Assembly (NCBI GenBank): GCA_045588325.1
Contig: JAZNEA010000057.1
Coordinates: 1,089-65,088 of the forward strand
Source: Clostridia bacterium
GTDB taxonomy: Bacteria > Bacillota > Clostridia > RGIG7378
Direction of reading: 5' to 3'
Length of the DNA stretch: 64,000 nt
Shown here: piece after piece, positions 44,717 to 55,222 of the stretch
Numbering within the stretch: the stretch's first letter is position 1
Layout: each line of letters opens with the position of its first letter
Notes under the pieces: model-generated
Told to the model about the DNA's origin: nothing
Seen by the model: the letters and a program-made list of their open reading frames with translations, nothing else
The model's database searches: none
Made by a program: the position numbers and the translations under genes

Positions 44717-45849
44717 TAGACATTTCAGGCGAGATAAACAGATATAGGAGCCTTAACGAAAACTGTGCCGAGGGCGACAGGAATATGGCATACAACCGAG
44801 TTCTCGATAGAGTCAAGCTGGGTGGATACGATGTTGCCATTTTGGAGTTGAGAGGCATTATTCGTGACAACCCCGACTTTACAGAGGCCAGGGTTTTGTT
44901 GGGCCTGTGTCTCATAGCCACAGAAAAGTACGAGGAGTCCTACGCAGAACTGGAGTACGCCGTTCGCCAGCAGCCAGCCGGCATTATGGCTATCAAGTAT
45001 ATAGATAGCATGGTTGAGGATGGTATCAAGATTGGAGACATCGGAGAGGGCTACAGGCAGGTCCTGCAGAACAGAGAATTCAACCTGGACAAGTTGCCAC
45101 GACTGGAGCGCGAAAAGCGCATCTATCTCCCGGCAGGCATACTGACAGGAACGTGGGCCAAGCAGATATGCTTCTTTGTAATGGGATGCGTTATTACATT
45201 CTTTATTGCCTCGGGCCTATATTCCGGCGAGGGTAGCGGAGTTGTCAACACTACACCAATTCCCACAGCCAGTGTCTCGGATATGGCCGCCATGGCTCAG
45301 AGGATTCAGGAGCTGGAAAATCAGGTCACAGGACTGACGCAGGGCATCAATATTGCAAACGCAGAGGCCGAGTACTGGAAGGCCGCGGCCAAGGTGTACA
45401 CCCTTGGAAATTTGTTCGAAAATGGCCTATATTCCGACGCTATGGCATTGTTGGAGAAAATAGCGGAATTAAATGTACGCGATAGTGAAGACAAGTACCT
45501 TGACGAAGTTATTTATGATGATAAACTTCCATCCTATATGGCATCTGTTTTGTCACAGATGGACGCCAAGCTGGCCCAGGGAGACAAGGAGTCAGCTCTG
45601 AGTCTGGGACTGGAGGCAGTCAGGTGCGGACAAGTTTACTATAGAGGAGAGCAGTTGCTGACTGGATATGACAAGGCTCTGTACACATGCGGTCTATGCA
45701 CCGAGGAGCAGGATCCTGATGCAGCTATCAAGTATTATAAGAATATAACCAAGCTATTCCCAGAGGATAACAATTATTATGGATTAGCGCTGGATAGGAT
45801 TAATGCGTTGACCCAGGAGGTCACAACGGATACGGGGGAGACTGAGTAA
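44713..45849 (+). CDS. Bitopic membrane protein with TPR-like N- and C-terminal helical domains (function unknown)
   Basis: It contains a TM helix (ICFFVMGCVITFFIASGLY). Its start overlaps the secA stop (ATGA), and an alternative ATG lies at about 44785. Confidence 0.45.
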   Translation: MIDISGEINRYRSLNENCAEGDRNMAYNRVLDRVKLGGYDVAILELRGIIRDNPDFTEARVLLGLCLIATEKYEESYAELEYAVRQQPAGIMAIKYIDSMVEDGIKIGDIGEGYRQVLQNREFNLDKLPRLEREKRIYLPAGILTGTWAKQICFFVMGCVITFFIASGLYSGEGSGVVNTTPIPTASVSDMAAMAQRIQELENQVTGLTQGINIANAEAEYWKAAAKVYTLGNLFENGLYSDAMALLEKIAELNVRDSEDKYLDEVIYDDKLPSYMASVLSQMDAKLAQGDKESALSLGLEAVRCGQVYYRGEQLLTGYDKALYTCGLCTEEQDPDAAIKYYKNITKLFPEDNNYYGLALDRINALTQEVTTDTGETE

Positions 45850-47336
45850 TGAAGTATATTAGCACCAGAGGACAATCGCCTGCTGTCACAGCATCAGAGG
45901 CTATTTTGAGAGGGCTTGCCCCAGACGGAGGTCTGTATTGTCCTGAGAGGATACCTGCCATTGGAGAGGATTTTATCCAGGAGCTCTGTCAGGTAGATTA
46001 TAACATCAGAGCAGCTAAGGTCCTTTCTCTGTTCCTGGAGGAATTTACCCAGGATCAGATTCTCAAGGAGGCAACAGAGGCGTACAGCACATTTGACGAG
46101 TTCGGCGTGGCTCCGTTGGTACAGCTTGGCCAGGAGTGCAATATTATGGAGCTGTGGCATGGTCCCACATGTGCCTTCAAGGACGTGGCTCTCCAGATGT
46201 TGCCCAGGTTGCTCAGGATGAGCAAGGAGCAGTTGGGAGTTCAGGAGGAGACCTGCATTTTGGTAGCCACATCCGGAGATACAGGCAAGGCCGCATTGGA
46301 GGGCTTTAAGGACGCCCCCGGTGTATCTGTCACTGTATTCTACCCCAACCAGGGCGTCAGCGCCGTTCAGCGCATGCAGATGGTCACTCAGCAGGGCAAC
46401 AACGTCCATGTTGCCGCAGTAGAGGGCAACTTTGACGATGCCCAGAGTGGAGTTAAGCGCATTTTTGGAGACGCTGGATTCGCTGACGAATTGGCCACTC
46501 GCGGACAAAAGCTCAGCTCTGCCAACAGCATTAACTGGGGCAGATTGGCACCACAGATTGTATATTACTTCTCTGCATACGCAGATATGGTCAATTCGGA
46601 TCAAATTAAGCTGGGAGACAAGGTGAACTTTTGCGTTCCCACAGGCAATTTTGGAGACATTTTGGCTGGCTGGTATGCCAAGGCCATGGGACTGCCCGTT
46701 GGCAAGCTGATCTGCGCATCTAACTCCAACAAGGTGTTGACGGACTTTTTTGCAACAGGCACATACAATAAGAATAGAGAGTTCTATAAGACGGGTTCTC
46801 CATCCATGGACATCCTCATCTCCAGCAATCTGGAGAGAATGCTGTACCACGCTACAGGATGCGCCGAAAAGGTGGCAGACCTGATGCATAGGCTGGTGAC
46901 AGAGGGCGAGTACACATTGGACCAGGCAACTATGGATGCCCTGCGTCAGGAGTATGCCGCAGGGTATGCAGATGACGAGGCGTGTGCTGCAACCATCGCC
47001 GAGGTGTTCCACAAGTACTCATATGTGTGCGATACTCACACTGCAGTTGCATATGCAGTATATAAGGATTATGTCGCCAATACTGGAGACGAGACACCTG
47101 CTGTTGTATTGTCAACAGCCAGCCCCTTTAAGTTTGTGGGATTTGTGCTCAGCGCACTGACAGGCAAGCAGGACGAGGGTGTGTCTGAGTTCAGACTCCT
47201 GGAGGAGCTTAGCTCAATGTCCGGAGACAGAATTCCAGCTCCTCTTAGAGGGTTGGAGACCAGACAGGTGCTCCATGACACTCTCTGCAGCAAAGAGGAC
47301 ATGAAAAAGACAGTAAACGACTTCCTAAAGAGATAA
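45849..47336 (+). CDS. thrC: Threonine synthase (long form)
   Basis: The N-terminus is MKYISTRGQSP... and the PLP-lysine motif CAFKD is present. It is about 495 aa, like B. subtilis ThrC-type long threonine synthases. Confidence 0.9.
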   Translation: MKYISTRGQSPAVTASEAILRGLAPDGGLYCPERIPAIGEDFIQELCQVDYNIRAAKVLSLFLEEFTQDQILKEATEAYSTFDEFGVAPLVQLGQECNIMELWHGPTCAFKDVALQMLPRLLRMSKEQLGVQEETCILVATSGDTGKAALEGFKDAPGVSVTVFYPNQGVSAVQRMQMVTQQGNNVHVAAVEGNFDDAQSGVKRIFGDAGFADELATRGQKLSSANSINWGRLAPQIVYYFSAYADMVNSDQIKLGDKVNFCVPTGNFGDILAGWYAKAMGLPVGKLICASNSNKVLTDFFATGTYNKNREFYKTGSPSMDILISSNLERMLYHATGCAEKVADLMHRLVTEGEYTLDQATMDALRQEYAAGYADDEACAATIAEVFHKYSYVCDTHTAVAYAVYKDYVANTGDETPAVVLSTASPFKFVGFVLSALTGKQDEGVSEFRLLEELSSMSGDRIPAPLRGLETRQVLHDTLCSKEDMKKTVNDFLKR

Positions 47337-47346
47337 GACGACTAAA

Positions 47347-47793
47347 ATGAAGGGAAAAAGCTCAGAATTCATACTTGTGGATAAGAATGTCCTGCCCCCC
47401 GTGATTTCCAAGGTGCTGGAGGCCAAGCTCATTTTGGCCCAAAATCCAGGCAGATCAGTTCAGAGTGTGGTGGAGGATCAGGGCATTAGCCGTAGCGCCT
47501 ACTACAAGTATAAGGATAACGTTCATCCCTTTTATGAGGCGTCGTACGGCAGAGTTATTACAGTTATTTTTGTGGTGGAGGACGTATCGGGGATACTGTC
47601 CAACATTATAAACATAATGGCTAGGGCGAACCTGAACATCGTTACCATCAATCAGAATATGCCCATTAACGGATTGGCAGACATATCCATATCCGTCGAA
47701 ACAAACAAGATGGATGGTCCCATGGGAGATCTGATAGGCAGACTCAAGGCCATACCAGGCGTTCGAAAGTGCGAAATAATCGCCAGAGATTAA
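47347..47793 (+). CDS. ACT-domain regulatory protein (UPF0735/ACT family) preceding homoserine dehydrogenase
   Basis: The C-terminal ...RVITVIFVVEDVSGILSNIINIMARANLNIVTINQNMP... is an ACT fold. The ACT-hom gene pair is conserved in Clostridia. Confidence 0.7.
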   Translation: MKGKSSEFILVDKNVLPPVISKVLEAKLILAQNPGRSVQSVVEDQGISRSAYYKYKDNVHPFYEASYGRVITVIFVVEDVSGILSNIINIMARANLNIVTINQNMPINGLADISISVETNKMDGPMGDLIGRLKAIPGVRKCEIIARD

Positions 47794-47817
47794 ATTACCA
47801 TACGAAAGGGTAGAAAA

Positions 47818-49077
47818 ATGGCAAAGAAAATTACTGTAGCAGTTATGGGATACGGAGTAGTAGGCTCCGGTGTGTGCAGTATTTTGGCAGACAGACAGGC
47901 CAAGACCAGCGAATACGCGGGGGCAGAGATTCGCCTCAAGCGCATTTTGGATGTCAGAGATTATCCAGACAGCCTGTTTATTAACCTGTTCACAAAGAAT
48001 TTTGACGATATTCTGGAGGATGCAGAGATTAACGTGGTGGCGGAGTGCATCGGCGGAACCGGCGTTGCATACAAGTTCACTAAGGCCCTCCTGGAGAGGG
48101 GAAAGAGCGTTGTAACCTCCAACAAGGCAATGGTGGCTGCTCACGGTTGCGAAATGCTGCAGATTGCTAAGGACAATGGCTGCCACTACATATTTGAGGC
48201 AGCAGTAGGTGGAGGCATACCGATTATCCGCACCCTGCGCAACAGCTATGCATGCGAGCACATTAACGAGATATTTGGCATATTGAACGGCACAACCAAC
48301 TATATGCTGACAAAGATGCGTTACGATGGCACCGACTACAACGAGGCCCTGGAGGATGCTCGCAAGAAAGGCTATGCAGAGGCAGATCCCACCGACGATG
48401 TGGAGGGATACGATGCTTGCCGTAAGATCGCTATATTGGCATCCCTGGCATGGAATCGCTTTGTTGACTACAGAGATATAGATGTTACTGGTATTTCTAA
48501 GATTACTGCGGCCGACATTGCAATTGCCAACGCCACAGGAAATGTGATTAAGCTGGTGGGTCGCTGCAGGATGGACAACGACAAGCTGTACGCCATGGTT
48601 TCTCCCGTTATGGTTAAGGAGGACAATCCATTGGCTGGAGTCAATGAGTCTTATAACTCCATCCTGGTAAACTCCGACAACCTGGATAATTGTATGTTCT
48701 ACGGCAGGGGAGCAGGTAGACTACCTACAGCCAGTGCAGTGGTGTCTGACATAGTGGACGTTGCTTCCGGACTTAAGCCGATCTACTACAACTGGAAGGC
48801 CGATCAGACAACCAAGGTAGAGTCTAGCGACGAGTTCTACTCCGAATTCTTCGTATATGTGGAGACTGCAGATGCAGCAAAGACTGAGGCATCCATCAAG
48901 GAACTCCTCAAGTCCAAGGCACAGATGGTCAACATCGATAACAGCGAGCTTAAGGCAGGCGCAGTGGCATTTACCACAGGCAAGATGTGCTACAGGGATC
49001 TCAAGGTTTCACTGGAACTGTTGGCAGATATGCCAGGCAATGGCAAAATCAGATTGTGTATGCCAGCCGTTCTGTAA
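47818..49077 (+). CDS. hom: Homoserine dehydrogenase
   Basis: It has an N-terminal Rossmann VAVMGYGVVGSGV, a catalytic domain and a C-terminal ACT domain. Confidence 0.9.
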   Translation: MAKKITVAVMGYGVVGSGVCSILADRQAKTSEYAGAEIRLKRILDVRDYPDSLFINLFTKNFDDILEDAEINVVAECIGGTGVAYKFTKALLERGKSVVTSNKAMVAAHGCEMLQIAKDNGCHYIFEAAVGGGIPIIRTLRNSYACEHINEIFGILNGTTNYMLTKMRYDGTDYNEALEDARKKGYAEADPTDDVEGYDACRKIAILASLAWNRFVDYRDIDVTGISKITAADIAIANATGNVIKLVGRCRMDNDKLYAMVSPVMVKEDNPLAGVNESYNSILVNSDNLDNCMFYGRGAGRLPTASAVVSDIVDVASGLKPIYYNWKADQTTKVESSDEFYSEFFVYVETADAAKTEASIKELLKSKAQMVNIDNSELKAGAVAFTTGKMCYRDLKVSLELLADMPGNGKIRLCMPAVL

Positions 49078-49210
49078 TATAGCAACAGATTTGATGCAAG
49101 GGTGTAATCCAACAGGGTTGCACCTTTTTCTTGCGCAAAAAACCTCGGCATATAGCCGAGGTAGATAATACAACTCTTTAAAACTATCTGTTAGAATTCG
49201 GGCACTATCC

Positions 49211-49546
49211 CTACTCGTCGTACTTGTTGCCAACGATAGCATAGATAGCCTGTGTCAGCTCGTTGTATGCCTTGTAAATAGACTTGGCATGCTCAAGTCC
49301 TGCTGGCTCCAAATGGTAGTACACCCTGGGGCGGCGACCGTAGTAGGTTGTGTATGTGCTGATGTAGTTCTTCTCAGTGAGCTTGTACAGGATGGGGTAC
49401 AAAGCACCCTCCTTAAGCACATACTTACCATCTGTCAGCTTAAGTATGTTCTGAACAAGCTGATATCCGTACATATCGGACTCCATAAGCATACTCAGAA
49501 CTACGATCTCAACAGTACCCTTTTTCATACTATCAAAAAGCGTCAT
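49211..49546 (-). CDS. PadR-family transcriptional regulator
   Basis: ...IVVLSMLMESDMYGYQLVQNILKLTDGKYVLKEGALYPILYKLTEKNYISTY... is the PadR winged helix. A strong RBS AGGAGG lies upstream, and a terminator hairpin CCTCGGCTATATGCCGAGG + T6 lies downstream on the minus strand. Confidence 0.85.
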   Translation of the reverse strand: MTLFDSMKKGTVEIVVLSMLMESDMYGYQLVQNILKLTDGKYVLKEGALYPILYKLTEKNYISTYTTYYGRRPRVYYHLEPAGLEHAKSIYKAYNELTQAIYAIVGNKYDE

Positions 49547-49714
49547 ATTATGTCCTCCTATTTCTGCATTATTACACACGAATTTAATATATCACAACGA
49601 GTACAAAAAAGCACACAAAAAAATAAAAAAATAGAGTTTTTTTAAAACTTTAGTTTTATTCTCTTATATTGTATAATTTAAAAGTTATGAGTGAACTAAC
49701 CTGGAGGTCAAATT

Positions 49715-50797
49715 ATGCTGGATAAGCTCAGGAGTATCGAGGATAGATACGAGGAGATCAATTTTAAATTAGCAGAGCCTGACATTACTACTAAGCAAAA
49801 GGAATACCGTATGCTTATGAAGGAGTATGCAGATCTGACAGAGTTGGTCAATCAGATAGGCGAATATCGCCGTGCAATATCGGAGCTGGCAGATGTTGAG
49901 GCCATGTTGGATGAGGTGTTTGATGACGCAGATATGGAACAGATGCTCAGGGAGGAGTTTGCTCAGCTCAAGGAAAAGATTCCTGCAATGGAGGAGAATA
50001 TCCGCATCCTGATGACGCCCAAGGACCCTGCCGACGATAAGAACGTTATCATCGAGATTAAGGGCGGAGTAGGCGGCGAGGAGGCAGCCCTCTTTGTTGG
50101 AGACCTCTTCAGAATGTATTCTAAGTACGCCGAGTCCAAGGGGTGGAGCATTTCCGTCAGCGACTCCAGTGAGACGGAGTTAGGAGGATATAAGTCCGTT
50201 GAGTTCACCGTAGAGGGACAGGGCGCCTACAGCAGATTCAAGTATGAGGGCGGTGGACACAGAGTTCAGAGAGTTCCAGAGACAGAATCTCAGGGACGCG
50301 TCCACACATCGGCAGTTACTGTTTCGGTTACGCCTGAGATGGACGATTTTGAGTTCGAGATGAATATGAATGACCTCAAGATTGACACCTATCGTTCCGG
50401 AGGCGCAGGAGGACAGCATGTTAACAAGACTGACTCCGCCATCCGTATTACACATATTCCGTCCGGACTGGTGGTTACTTGTCAGGATGAGCGATCACAG
50501 CTCAAGAACAAGGAGAGGGCCATCAAAATAATGCGTTCCAAACTATATTCTATCGAGTTGGAGGAGCGCGAGAATAAGCTGAAGTCCGACAAAAAATCTC
50601 AGGTTGGTAGTGGCGATCGCAACAGCCGTATCAGGACATACAACTTCCCCCAGGGACGAGTTACTGACCACCGCATAGGACTTACACTGTACAAACTGAC
50701 AACATTTATCAATGGCGATATGGACGAGATGATCAATGCCCTGACAACGGCAGACCGTGCCAATAAGTTGGGCAGTGGAGATAGTGCTGATGACTAA
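49715..50797 (+). CDS. prfA: Peptide chain release factor 1
   Basis: It has the PxT-type recognition region and the GGQ motif (RSGGAGGQHVNKTDSA). An extended -10 promoter (TGTATAAT) lies upstream. Confidence 0.95.
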   Translation: MLDKLRSIEDRYEEINFKLAEPDITTKQKEYRMLMKEYADLTELVNQIGEYRRAISELADVEAMLDEVFDDADMEQMLREEFAQLKEKIPAMEENIRILMTPKDPADDKNVIIEIKGGVGGEEAALFVGDLFRMYSKYAESKGWSISVSDSSETELGGYKSVEFTVEGQGAYSRFKYEGGGHRVQRVPETESQGRVHTSAVTVSVTPEMDDFEFEMNMNDLKIDTYRSGGAGGQHVNKTDSAIRITHIPSGLVVTCQDERSQLKNKERAIKIMRSKLYSIELEERENKLKSDKKSQVGSGDRNSRIRTYNFPQGRVTDHRIGLTLYKLTTFINGDMDEMINALTTADRANKLGSGDSADD

Positions 50798-51872
50798 TGA
50801 GCAGAACCTGGGGGTGCAGAGCGCACCTGACAGGAAAACTGCATATAGGAGTTTGGGCACTCCAGAGGACAGTGCCATATTTGAGGAGGCCGGACGCATC
50901 CTGAGAGCAGGCGGCGTTGTGGCATTCCCCACAGAGACAGTGTACGGCTTGGGAGCGGCAGTGTATTGTGAGGAGGCCATAGAGCAGGTATTCAGAGCAA
51001 AGGGCAGACCCAATGACAATCCTCTCATTGCCCATGTGGCAGATATGGATGGGTTAGATCAGCTGGTATCACACATTCCAGATACTGCTCGCCAGTTGGC
51101 AGAGGCCTACTGGCCAGGTCCCATGACACTGGTATTGCCCAAGTTGCCTCTGGTGCCCGACGCTGTGACTGCAGGGTTGGACACAGTGGGTGTCAGGATC
51201 CCATCAGATCCTAATGCCAGAGCTATGTTGCGTGCAGCTGGTATTCCCGTAGCGGCACCTAGTGCTAACAGGTCCGGCAAACCTAGTCCCACCAGGGCAC
51301 AACATGTCCTGCAGGATATGGATGGCCGCATAGATATGATTCTTGACGGAGGCGAGTGTGCGTGTGGCCTGGAGAGTACAGTTATAGACTGCTCCGGTCA
51401 GGGCATAACAATCCTCCGACCAGGATATATTACGGCACAGATGATACAGGATGTCACAGGCATTGTGCCTGCTATAGGGTATGGCAGGTCCGTAGGTGCG
51501 GAGGCGCCCAGGGCACCTGGCATGAAATACCGTCACTATGCCCCTAAGGGACGCCTGATTTTGGCTAAATCGGAGGGAACACAGGAGGAGCAGTGCAGGG
51601 CTATTGTCAATGCCTATGACCAAAATTTTGCTCTGGGCCACAAATGTGTTATTCTTGTTACAGAGCAGGATCGTAGCCTGTTTGGGGACAGGGAGCAGAT
51701 TCTCATAGGAGACAGAGGGGATTTGTCCACCATTGCCCACAGCGTGTTCAGGGCCTTTAGGGACTGTGACAGCAGGGGATATGATTTAATTTATATGCGC
51801 GGAGTCCCAGAGGAGGGAGTTGGCGCAGCCATTATGAACAGAGTTGTTAAGGCTTCGGCCGGAACTGTTTGA
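50790..51872 (+). CDS. L-threonylcarbamoyladenylate synthase (Sua5/YwlC, TsaC type with a Sua5 C-terminal domain)
   Basis: The YrdC fold is ...[18 protein letters not shown]...[12 protein letters not shown].... It overlaps the prfA end. Confidence 0.9.
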   Translation: MTNEQNLGVQSAPDRKTAYRSLGTPEDSAIFEEAGRILRAGGVVAFPTETVYGLGAAVYCEEAIEQVFRAKGRPNDNPLIAHVADMDGLDQLVSHIPDTARQLAEAYWPGPMTLVLPKLPLVPDAVTAGLDTVGVRIPSDPNARAMLRAAGIPVAAPSANRSGKPSPTRAQHVLQDMDGRIDMILDGGECACGLESTVIDCSGQGITILRPGYITAQMIQDVTGIVPAIGYGRSVGAEAPRAPGMKYRHYAPKGRLILAKSEGTQEEQCRAIVNAYDQNFALGHKCVILVTEQDRSLFGDREQILIGDRGDLSTIAHSVFRAFRDCDSRGYDLIYMRGVPEEGVGAAIMNRVVKASAGTV

Positions 51873-51889
51873 TAGCGAAAGGAGACAAT

Positions 51890-52333
51890 ATGGGCAGACC
51901 GAGTTGGGACGATTATTTTATGGATATTGTCGAGGTGGTCAAGACTCGCAGTACATGTATTCGCAGACAGGTGGGTGCAGTTATCGTTAAGGATAACCGT
52001 ATCTTGGCAACAGGATACAATGGAGCACCTAGTGGTTGCAGACATTGTGAGGATATTGGCTGTCTGAGACAGCAGCTAGGCATTCCATCTGGACAGCGAC
52101 ACGAGTTGTGCAGAGCTATTCACGCCGAGCAGAACGCAATAGTCCAGGCCGCGGCAGCTGGCATCAGCATTCAGGGCGCAACCTTGTACTGCACAACACA
52201 GCCCTGCGTGCTTTGCGCAAAGATGATGATCAATGCTGGCATTAAGCGTATTTTGTATAAGGGAGATTATCCGGACGAGCTCTCTCTCAGTTTGCTGAGT
52301 GAGGCTGGTGTGGAGGTCATCAGAGTAGAATAA
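51890..52333 (+). CDS. Deoxycytidylate (dCMP) deaminase, ComEB-like
   Basis: The zinc-deaminase motifs are HAEQNAI and [11 protein letters not shown]. An RBS AAGGAGAC lies upstream. Confidence 0.85.
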   Translation: MGRPSWDDYFMDIVEVVKTRSTCIRRQVGAVIVKDNRILATGYNGAPSGCRHCEDIGCLRQQLGIPSGQRHELCRAIHAEQNAIVQAAAAGISIQGATLYCTTQPCVLCAKMMINAGIKRILYKGDYPDELSLSLLSEAGVEVIRVE

Positions 52334-53901
52334 TGTATTATCAATATTTGATTGCCTTTGCGGTGGCCTTTTTGCTGTCATTCGCATTGGTACCACTTGC
52401 CAAGAAAATAGCATGTGCCTTGGGTGTTATAGATGTTCCCAAGTCCCGTGGCATGCACCGTAAGCCAGTTCCCCTTATGGGAGGCTTGGCCGTTTTTTGG
52501 TCTTTTATGGTAACCCTAATGGGTTTGTGCGTGTTCAAGGTATTCGGAATTGGCGACATCCCCATGGATTCCAGATTATGGATGTTGTTGGCTGGTTGTG
52601 TGATTATCGAGGTAATAGGCGTTTCTGATGATTTGTACGACCTGTCGTACAAGGTCAGGATGCCCTTCCAGATGATTGCTGCAGTTCTGGTCGCTTTCAA
52701 CAGTCGCATCGAGTATATAACCAACCCATTCAACGAGATGGGATACTCCATATTGCCCACTTGGCTGTCATGGGTAGTCACAATCCTCTGGATTGTTGGT
52801 ATGACTAACGCGACTAACCTAATCGACGGATTGGACGGATTGTCCAGCGGCTTGTCCGCCATCACGTCCATATGTATGTTCACAATCGCCATGATGAATG
52901 GCGATGTGCTGGGAGCATTCACCTCCGTGGTCTTGCTGGGCAGCGTACTTGGATTCCTGCCATACAATATGTTCCCCGCATCGGTGTTTATTGGAGATTC
53001 TGGGGCACCTCTTATGGGATTTATACTGGCGGCCATATCTATAGGTGGTTCGTACAAGATGACGGCAACCATATCCGTTATCGTTCCCTTGTTTGTTATG
53101 ATAGTCCCACTATTTGACACGGCATCTTCTATCATCCGCAGAGTGGCCAACGGACAGTCTCCGATGCAGGCCGACAGACAGCATCTGCACCATAAGTTGG
53201 TGGACCTGGGCTTTAGCCAAAAGGAGGCCGTACTGATACTGTATGCAGTATGTATGGCGTTTGGCGTTATGGCCATCGTCCTGACAGGAGTTGGACCAGT
53301 TGCCGCCATCGGAGTGTTTGTAGTTCTGGCTATAGCCATGGCTATTGCCCTTGTGTTCAGTTACAGGAACAGACACAAATTCAATGTCCACGCAGATGTG
53401 GCCCGCGAGGAAAGAGAGGCACCTCTGGAGGGACATAAGATAATGTTTGTAACGTCCTATAAGCTAATCGAGAACATCGCACCCCATGCCAAGGCTTGTG
53501 TGTCGGCGGGGTTGGACACCACAGTTTGTGTAGTAGGCAGATTTGCAGAGCAGGATATCGAGGAACATGGACTTACAGGTTTTGCTCAGGCAGTTCATAA
53601 GGATGGCTGGAATGACTCCATTCGGGCCGTAGCTTTGGACAAGCAGCCAGAATTGGCTGTTGTTTCCGGAGAGGACAAGATTGCATACGGAACGGTTAAA
53701 TACTTCACAGAGGAGACGCAAACCCCTGTTGCACATCTGATGAGACTCAGGACAAAGATCCGCACCGCTGAGGAAAAGTACATAATAGACAAATCCACTG
53801 ACACCATCCGTACCAGAGATCTGGGTGAGACAGATGAGGAAAAGATCGGAGCAAACTTCCTGGTCTACTTGAAAAATAATATTTTTATATCAGAGGATTA
53901 A
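52333..53901 (+). CDS. Glycosyltransferase family 4 polyprenyl-phosphate sugar-1-phosphate transferase (WecA/TagO/MraY-like) with a ~170-aa C-terminal soluble extension
   Basis: It is a polytopic membrane protein with the motifs ...NATNLIDGLDGLSSG... and ...VFIGDSGAPLMGF.... The C-terminal third is hydrophilic. Confidence 0.8.
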   Translation: MYYQYLIAFAVAFLLSFALVPLAKKIACALGVIDVPKSRGMHRKPVPLMGGLAVFWSFMVTLMGLCVFKVFGIGDIPMDSRLWMLLAGCVIIEVIGVSDDLYDLSYKVRMPFQMIAAVLVAFNSRIEYITNPFNEMGYSILPTWLSWVVTILWIVGMTNATNLIDGLDGLSSGLSAITSICMFTIAMMNGDVLGAFTSVVLLGSVLGFLPYNMFPASVFIGDSGAPLMGFILAAISIGGSYKMTATISVIVPLFVMIVPLFDTASSIIRRVANGQSPMQADRQHLHHKLVDLGFSQKEAVLILYAVCMAFGVMAIVLTGVGPVAAIGVFVVLAIAMAIALVFSYRNRHKFNVHADVAREEREAPLEGHKIMFVTSYKLIENIAPHAKACVSAGLDTTVCVVGRFAEQDIEEHGLTGFAQAVHKDGWNDSIRAVALDKQPELAVVSGEDKIAYGTVKYFTEETQTPVAHLMRLRTKIRTAEEKYIIDKSTDTIRTRDLGETDEEKIGANFLVYLKNNIFISED

Positions 53902-53952
53902 TCGTCGCAGAGGCGTGGAAAAATATATTCCAAGGATAGATTGGGAGAAGTA

Positions 53953-55221
53953 ATGGCAAAGTACGTTATACAACCATATAAGGGAAAACTCAATTGCAGA
54001 GTCAAGATTTCCGGATGCAAGAATGCAGCCCTGCCTATTATGTGCGCCGCCGCATTGTCCAATGAGGTCAGCACAATTACAGAGATCCCGGATCTTATTG
54101 ACATCAACATAATGAAGGACATCCTGGTTCATTTGGGAGCCGATATTCATTATGACAAGAACACGGCAACTATGACGGTTGCATATTCTGGCAATGGTTC
54201 CTTTGAGGCACCTTATGATATGGTTGACAAGCTGAGGGCTTCTGTCCTCAGCATGGGCGTTCTGCTGGCAACCAAGGGCATGGCTAAGGTGGCATCACCA
54301 GGAGGTTGTCCCATCGGAGCCAGACCTATTGACCTGCACCTTAAGGGATTTGCCGCTATGGGAGCGGAGATTCAGCAGGGACACGGATATGTCATGGCAA
54401 TGGCCAGCAAGGGCCTGCACGGTGCCACAATTTATCTGGACTTTCCCAGCGTGGGAGCCACTGAGAATATCATGTTGGCGGCAGTTACAGCCAGGGGAGA
54501 GACGATTATAGATAATGCAGCCAACGAGCCCGAAATTGTGGATTTGGCCACATTTCTGTCATCCATGGGAGCAGATATTTCTGGCGCAGGCACAGACAAG
54601 ATTAAGATTCAGGGAGTCAAAAAGCTCCATGCTGCAGAGCATGCCATCATGCCCGACAGAATTGAGACAGAGTCCTTTATGACAATTGGTGCTGCCCTAG
54701 GAGGCAGGTTGGAGATCGTAAATGCCATTCCTGAGCACGTTAAGCCTGTTACAGCTAAGCTGAGAGAGATGGGATGTAAGGTTTCTGACGATGGAGGCAG
54801 TATTGTGGTTGAGGTAGAGGACGTCAGCAAGCTCAAGGCCGTTGACATCAAGACATTGCCCCACCCAGGATTCCCTACAGACATGCAGGCTCCATTTACA
54901 GCTCTGCTGTGCAGGAGTTCGGGTACGGGAATTATCACAGAGACCGTATTTGAGAACAGGTTCCTCCATGTACAGGAGTTAAAGCGTATGGGCGCCAACA
55001 TCAAGATTGATGGCCGTACTGCATACATCGAGGGAGGATTGCCTCTGACTGGCACTAAGGTCAGGGCCATGGACCTGAGGGCAGGTATGGCTATGATTGT
55101 GGCGGGCCTGTTTGCAGAGGGAGCTACCGAGATTGAGGATATTTACCATGTAGAGAGGGGCTACGAGGACCTGCCAGGCAAGTTGCGCAGCATGGGTATC
55201 GAAATAGCCAGAATCGACTGA
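53953..55221 (+). CDS. murA: UDP-N-acetylglucosamine 1-carboxyvinyltransferase
   Basis: There is full-length MurA similarity, with the catalytic Cys in ...GGCPIGARPIDLH.... An RBS GGGAGAAG lies upstream. Confidence 0.95.
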   Translation: MAKYVIQPYKGKLNCRVKISGCKNAALPIMCAAALSNEVSTITEIPDLIDINIMKDILVHLGADIHYDKNTATMTVAYSGNGSFEAPYDMVDKLRASVLSMGVLLATKGMAKVASPGGCPIGARPIDLHLKGFAAMGAEIQQGHGYVMAMASKGLHGATIYLDFPSVGATENIMLAAVTARGETIIDNAANEPEIVDLATFLSSMGADISGAGTDKIKIQGVKKLHAAEHAIMPDRIETESFMTIGAALGGRLEIVNAIPEHVKPVTAKLREMGCKVSDDGGSIVVEVEDVSKLKAVDIKTLPHPGFPTDMQAPFTALLCRSSGTGIITETVFENRFLHVQELKRMGANIKIDGRTAYIEGGLPLTGTKVRAMDLRAGMAMIVAGLFAEGATEIEDIYHVERGYEDLPGKLRSMGIEIARID

Positions 55222-55222
55222 T

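Noticed and set aside
45894-48261. Long minus-strand ORFs (372 aa and 268 aa) overlapping thrC and hom
   Set aside because: They are antisense to clearly identified biosynthetic genes, and their composition is low-complexity.
52341-53339. 332-aa minus-strand ORF
   Set aside because: It is antisense to the WecA/MraY-like transferase. Its hydrophobic mirror-image composition is typical of the antisense strand of membrane proteins.
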